NCBI GenBank assembly: GCA_000165425.1
Contig: CT868027.1
Span: 1-64,000, forward strand
DNA from: Paramecium tetraurelia
Lineage: Eukaryota
Direction: 5' to 3'
DNA: 64,000 nucleotides
Position numbers and translations under genes: made by a program
Notes under the pieces: model-generated
Seen by the model: the letters and a program-made list of their open reading frames with translations, nothing else
The model's database searches: none
What the model was told of the DNA's origin: nothing
Shown here: piece by piece, positions 57,097 through 64,000 of the stretch
Numbering within the stretch: the stretch's first letter is position 1
Layout: every line of letters starts with the position of its first letter

Positions 57097-57703
57097 ATGT
57101 CGAATAATTAAACATTCAAAGATTTTCCAAATTAAAGTCATATTGAATTGAAATTTAATACAAAAGACCAACATGGACTTGAAAAAGAAGAAGCCCTACA
57201 GAAGTATAGAAGAAATGTAATCATAGTAATTTTGAGTTATTTAGATTAATTTACTTACAAAATTATTTGCATATGATGTAGACCAGCCAGAGTTGGAGAA
57301 ATAAAACGATATCCTTTAATCCGAAAAACAAAATGGATAATATCAAATAAAAACCCACCTTTTAGAAAGCATGAGATCATCTCTAATTCATCTATAAAAC
57401 AGACACAAAGAGACTATTGAAATGTTTAAAAAAAAAAATGAGTTATTTAAATAGAGAATCAATGAGGACAATAAGATAAACACTTAGGAAGAATTTCAAT
57501 AGTTTATTAACGAATTGTAATCTGAAGATTTGCTTTGTGATTCCCATCCATTTCTAGATAAAAAATCCTCATTTTTCATGCAAACTAATCTATAATAACC
57601 TATTTAAGTATAAATTTGTGAATTATTCATTTAGATTAGCTAAGACTAGTGTTTAGAGTTAAAAGAATAATTAAAAGATGATTAATGCATTTTATTAAGT
57701 TGA
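57097..57703 (+). CDS. Hypothetical protein
   Basis: MSNNQTFKDFP...; one or two short introns; TGA 57701-57703. Confidence 0.55.
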
Positions 57704-57885
57704 CTTATAAATATTTATCTACAAATCAATTACAAAAAACTTGCAATTTGCTCTTCTTAGTAATTTATTGTTAACATCATAAATAAATATATTATTTTTG
57801 AGTACTTTACTACTACAATTAATTTTCCCTCCTTAAATTAAAATAATTTTTTAGAATATAAATTCTATTTTAATATAAATAAATT

Positions 57886-59648
57886 ATGTAAATAAATGAA
57901 CCCAAAGCCATTCTGTTTAATAAACTGTATGAAAGAGATGTTTGCATCAGATGTATATTGAGACTGTTCAAAATTACAGAGATAAACTTATATAGAGAGA
58001 CTAAAGGATTCATTTAATTACTATTTGATGTCGGAAAATTGATTGGGAATGAGAATGTAAATAATTGATTAATTATAAAAGAAATTAGTAGAAGATTATG
58101 ATCTCTTATTCTATAAAAGAAAGGCGGAGATTGTGGAATCTGATGTATTACCTTTGACTTGTCACTCTTCATTAAAGGATTAATTCATTAAGAATCCCTT
58201 TCACATCTTTGATAAAATTAATAAATGTGTGATATGTTAAGGAATATTGTAATGTTTGGAGGATTAAAAATTCTACGCAATGTTAGTAGATGAGATATTA
58301 TAAAAACAATATTAATATGAAGCATTTAAATTGTAAGTGAAAACTCCTGTTGGCTAATAAATCAGATAAATACTGATAGTGAATGAATGCATTTCAGAGA
58401 TTGGCTAGAATGATCCATTTTATGAATACATCAGTACTTCAAATGTTGCAATAGACATTAAGGCTTGTGTAAAGTGGATTATGTGTAATCCTTTAAGTGA
58501 GTCACTAAAAGTTCCTAGTGACATAAATGATGATCGATTTTAAATTAGTTTAAATTTTGAGAGTATTGGAGATGATGTTAAATAATTTGAATAATTCAAA
58601 GACATAATTTAAGAAATAGATGATCAAAAATGGTAGGAGAAAATGATTAAGAAAGTATAATTATATTATAACAAAGTTAAAAATGAATGATCCTTAATTG
58701 AAGACAGAAACTGAAAATCGTTTATTGTAAAAGAAAAATCAACAATCTTAAACATTTTTGCCTACTTAAAATAATTTGGAGAAAATATCGAAATTAAACA
58801 ATGCCTAATTATCCTAATTTAAAATAATTAATGTGAATTATCCAGTTAAGTTAGAAGTGACAACCAGTTATTAGAATATTTTTATCTAAGGAAATTACAT
58901 CAAATTAGGGAGGTACATAAGCTAGACTCCATGGTATATAGGTGGAAATAGAATTTATGAAGATTCTGTTGAAGATTTGGTAAGTGCCGAAGCATGTAAG
59001 ATATTTAAGTCTTCAAGTGTAAAGTTTCATTCTGGAGGCAGGGAAGATATCGATGTAAGAATGTTAGGGAATGGTCGACCTTTTGCTATTGAATTAGTTG
59101 ACCCTCATCTTGGACTATAGAATTAGACCTAAGAAATTCTTAATCAAATAGAATCTAAGATCAATTCATAAAATGTTGTAAAGGTTACTCCATTAACTTT
59201 TACCGATACAAACATCTTTGGAGAATTAAAGAATTCTGAAATAAATAAGGTTAAAGCTTATTGTTGTGTGGTTGAGTGTAAAAATATCATCAATGGAGAT
59301 CTTGTCTAATAAGCGAATTAAATAAAAGATTTAGTCATAAAATAGAAAACACCAATCAGAGTTTTACATAGAAGAACTTAAATGGTGAGAGATAAGATAA
59401 TCCATTCGTTATTGATCAAATAGATTAATGAGAAATGGCTTTAGGTTTATGTACTTAGCAGTGCTGGTACTTACATAAAGGAATTTATTCACTCAGATCT
59501 GGATAGAACTGTTCCAAATTTATGTTCATTACTACAGAATGAATGCGATATTTATTAATTGGATGTGATCAAATTGTATGAAAAAATTGATGAAGATGTT
59601 ATTATTAATTTTAAAAGTATAGATGCAGAATGTGGAAGCAAAGTTTGA
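57886..59648 (+). CDS. PUS10: tRNA pseudouridine synthase Pus10
   Basis: N-terminal CIRC; GNYIKLGRYISQTPW; FHSGGREDIDVRMLGNGRPF; QKTPIRVLHRR; AGTYIKEFIH. Confidence 0.95.
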
Positions 59649-59749
59649 ATATAAATAAAAAAATATTTTAGTTTTTAATTACTTTAGAAATTTTCATTAT
59701 TTAATAATAATATAATTTTTAATAAGTTGATAAAAGGATTTTGCTAAAA

Positions 59750-61000
59750 TATGGTTTAGGTATTTCATCAAACTTCAGTGAGTGTCTGAGAATATCATCT
59801 AGATGATATGGTTTCAGAATAAGTTATTGGATAAGGATTAATTCCTGGAAATGTAACATACTTCTATCAAATATACCCATAGTATTATTTATAAAATAAT
59901 TTGTTTTGCCTCTAGCAATATTGATTAGTAAGAAAAAGATGCATTAGCTGATTGTAAGTAATTAATATATAAATAGAATTTCGCATGATGGTATTAGAAA
60001 GAAAATAAAACAATGTTCGTAATCTAATTACCTAAGAATTAGAAACGCTATATTCGAATAATAGCGTCTGTCACTTTGTTATAAGAATCCCCCCTCTAAA
60101 CTACACGCTTGAAGCTTAATTTTATCTTAACCCTGTTTTTGAATATCATTATCCTAATATAAATGATAATATTAGATTGTTTAATTGGTAGGTTGATGAA
60201 GAAACTTTAGTTGTTTTTGGAGAACACTTTGAAGTTGGATAAATGGAAACTTATTAATTAAACCAAACTTAATTTATAAAGTATTCTACATTATTCATGC
60301 TAAGATAAACATTCCTTTCAGATTAATAAATGTTACTAACTGGATACATCCACATTTAATTGCTTTATGGGTCAATAAATATTCAAGGATAATTCTAATT
60401 AAACGATTTTAAAAATAGATACAGTTTCTAATTGCTATTCTGACTTATTTTTTATTACTAAACTTCAATTGTCACAATAAAAGTTTAGTAACAAAAGATC
60501 CGTCAGAAAAGCAAAAGATGGTTCATAGCCACTTTATAAGATCTTATTATAATGGTTAAGAATGGTTACCTGAACCAGAATGTAATCCAACTAAAGTAAA
60601 TTACTCAACTATGCATTTCTTAGATAATTGATACAGAATTAGAAAAAGAACCAATTACTTATAATGATGTCTATTAATTTAATTAATTTCAAAATATGTA
60701 TGCTAATTTAGACTCATTGGAATTGAGCCTGCACTTTCCTGATTAATTATACCAAAGTTCATCAACTTGAATTGAATGATTAAATAAAAGTGGATGACTT
60801 TTTCCGTGAACTTCCAAACAATAAAGCTTATCTTTTGTCGTATAATGATTTATTAGAGTAAAGAATGGATTTGTAGAAATTACAGTGAATTACCCAGTTG
60901 ACATAAGACATTAATAGTTGTAATTAATTGAAAAACTACACTTAATTGATTAATATGGCATTAATGTTATTGAAGAAGTGATTGATTTACTAATGTGAAT
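59750..61000 (+). pseudogene. Degraded or unresolved coding sequence
   Basis: Coding-like blocks (VDEETLVVFGEHFEVG, PEPECNPTK) broken by TGA codons and frame changes that I could not explain with introns. Confidence 0.35.
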
Positions 61001-61054
61001 AAACATATAAATATAAAATAATATTTAGCTTTCAATTTAAATATAAATAAAAAT

Positions 61055-63418
61055 TCATAAAAAATATTTTCTTTTTGCAACTGTTTGTTACGTTTAGATT
61101 TATTTAATATTTGTTACATCACTATTTTTAAATATATCTGCTTCAGAAGGCCTTATAGTATTTATTTTATTATGATCATTTATGAGTGATCCTTATGAAT
61201 TCTAAAATTTATCTTATTGAGATCGAATGCTCGATAATTTGAAATACTTTTCAATTTGTTCAATAGATCCATTTAACTATTAAATTACTAAATCGACCTT
61301 GAATGATGGTTTTTCATTTGTGATTTTTTAGGTCAGATGAAAAAGCAATCTATCAAGTTTTTCATAAATCTTATGTAATTCAACTAATCGCTTCTCTTCC
61401 AAAGCAATATTTGGAGAAGTGTTCTAGGACAAATCCAACTTCTCATTCATATCCTTGATTGTTCTTAATAAGTTATAAAATAGATTACTTTTCATAATAT
61501 TCTATGTCTGCTTAGAATTTAATTTCCAATGCATGATATTTACCACTTAATTCTTATCTTTCTTACAAGAGTAATGACAACTCATTGTTATCAAATTTTA
61601 ACTATTCCATAACCTTTTCTGATTCATATTTAACTTGTTATAGAATATCGAGTTCTTCCAATATTTATTATCTCTCATTCTACAGTTCATTATTTGTTTA
61701 TTTCAACTATTGAATTTCTTATAAAAATAATTCTAGTTATTGTGAGGATTCCTGAAATTCTTTGTTTCTCTACTAGTATTCTTTTTGCAATAATTCATAT
61801 TTTTATTAGAATTGCTGATGCTTTTCATTCAATGCTCCAAATTATTAATGAACCTAGACTAATTGATTAAATTCTTTTGACATTTCTTCATTTTATTTTA
61901 AGATATTTTCTAGTTCTTGTTATTACTTTTTGATTAATTATTCTTTTTCATTCATCATTCTATCAGCTTCACAAATTTGTCTTCCTGTCTTTGTCATATT
62001 ACTTTCAATTTCATAATTTAATTATTCTAGATTTTCAATACGACTTTGTTATTCCTCAGTTTATCTAAATTAAGTCTACTATATACTTTTTTAGTTATGA
62101 CATTTAGTAAACACTTTAATTAAATTATCTACTTAATTCTCTATTTGCTTATTCGCATTCTAGTAACTTATTATTAGCTTCAGTCAATTATAATTAGAAA
62201 CTCATGATTTCTTTTTATTTATCAGATATATTCTTTTGCAATTACTAAAATAGGCATAAACATATGAAATACTTTCTTAGAATTCTCTGCTGAAACAACA
62301 TCATTCTTTTTCGATTATAATTCTTCTTCTAATTTACCAAGCTTTTCTTAGATTTATATCATTTTTTTAATTTATTCATTTGATGTTTCCGATTGTTTCT
62401 TTCTCTCTTAATTCTCAAATTTCAACTTTTCGATTTACTGATTTAATTAATCAATTTATTCTTTTTGTTACTCAATATGGTCAATCAAAGCGTCTTTTTC
62501 CTATTCCTATTGTTAAATCGTCGAATTTGCATGAGTTATGTTCTTCATTGCTTCTTACATAGATTGTGATAGATCTTCATTTTATTATTATAATTCATTT
62601 TCATGTTTTTTCATTAACTCATTTATTTAATTTGATTATTTAAGTTAATTTTCTAAATGTTATATAATTTGATCTCTCTATTTAAATTCATTTTAGATTG
62701 TTTACATCTATACTTTGTTGTGTTATAGTTCTAAATAGATATCTATAGCATTCTCATTTCTTTTCTTGTTTTTTGAATTAGTTATGAACACTCCTTAATT
62801 ATACAATTTTTTCTCTAATTCCATTTTTATAATGTGATTATAAATTCTTAATTATTCCGAATTCAATCTTTCCTACATCAATTACTGTTCCAACTCTGCT
62901 ACTGTACTTTATGGTTATTACTAGGATTATTATTACTAACGTTGTTGTTACTGTGAGAGTTAGGACATCTAGGATTGTTGAGATTATTGCACAAATTGAG
63001 GTAATTTCGATTCTTGAACTGGTGTTTTAACTGGACTTGAAGGTTGTAATTGTTATTTCTTTGAACTGTCAGGTCTTATTATCTGTACAACTTTTGGCAT
63101 ATTTTAATTACTAACTTACTATTTTGGTTGGAGAACTTGATTTTATTATTAATCCTGTTCATTGTTAACTAAGATCAATGGTCCTTTCTAGAAATTAGGA
63201 GAACTTACCGATTGAAATATACGATTTGTATCTTAAGATGCTAAAGACGATTTGAATTTATAATTACATGCACTGTATACAAGAGATTCTTGAGTGAATC
63301 TCTATTGTTATTATGGGATTTGTTGTTGATTTGGTTTGGTTGGAGTTGGTTGATCTCTCTCCGAATGCTCAGATGGCTGATATTCATAACCCTCATTCTC
63401 AAAATTGATTTAAGACAT
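61055..63418 (-). CDS. Gln-rich coiled-coil hypothetical protein
   Basis: MSQINFENEGYEYQPSEH...; poly-Q stretches and long heptads; ends KRKYFL*. Confidence 0.75.
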
Positions 63419-63489
63419 TAAATTTATTTATTAATAATTTTAAGGTTCCCCTTAACGATCTTTTTATTTGTAAAATTTATAGATATCAT

Positions 63490-64000
63490 TCATCGTAAAT
63501 AATATGTATCTCTCCTGAACCTCCGCAATCTGATGATGCCACCACAAAAACCATGTTGGTCCAACAATCTATTTATAGTTCTGCTTGAACAGGTTGATTA
63601 TATGCTTTATTTTTTACCATTTAAATTAGACCAGTGGCAGGATTTACTGTTAGGGTTAATTGATCACCTCTGTTAAAAAAAGGAAATTTGGAGGCCAAAA
63701 ATAATTTGTGTGGTTTGCTTGGATCCAATTCAACAGATCCTGTTTCACACACACCTATTTAAAATGTCTATAATATTTGTTGTTGGATGCTAAACGTTAT
63801 TGATTTTGGAGGCTTAAGAGGTCCCTCCTACAAACGAGGTCCTATTAGAGCCAATCTGGTCTTATTTGTTTTATTGCCTGTATTTGGGGGCACTAATAAC
63901 CTAGTTGGACTGATTAATTTGAATTAAGAATGCACTTATTTAAATGTAAATGGATTGAGAAAAGTTTTCGATAATTAACTGCTAAAAGTTGATATAAATA
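63490..64000 (-). CDS. 3' part of a gene, possibly SPRY-like beta-sandwich
   Basis: Frame ...FNRGDQLTLTVNPATGLIQMVKN...MVFVVASSDCGGSGDTYYLR*; 5' end outside the window. Confidence 0.55.

Overview
AT-rich, gene-dense ciliate macronuclear DNA, most consistent with Paramecium. TAA/TAG are read as Gln and only TGA stops; GT-AG introns are 20-30 nt; intergenic spacers are often under 60 nt. The supplied standard-code ORF track is therefore fragmentary, so I re-translated by hand with the ciliate code, and ends of hypothetical genes are approximate. About 30 protein genes are present. Recognisable ones are PKA catalytic subunit, NC2-beta/DR1, a CEP350-like protein, a tandem CAP protein, a Sec7-PH-TBC protein, RPL30, a dual-specificity phosphatase, Gaa1, DnaJ, a four-domain EEEE voltage-gated Ca2+ channel, a P4-ATPase, Spartan, an SDR, TPI, prefoldin 3 and Pus10. 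There is also a U6 snRNA gene with its promoter, a decayed trichocyst matrix protein pseudogene and other gene remnants. The most unusual signal is the 74-nt, 39% GC intron of RPL30. It contains a normal-sized 26-nt intron, a 14-nt micro-exon ending in an in-frame TGA and a 34-nt intron, and it can form alternative hairpins that hide or expose the inner splice sites. This is a candidate autoregulatory splicing/NMD switch (inference). The Ca2+ channel gene carries an apparent 1-nt frameshift at the start of domain IV.
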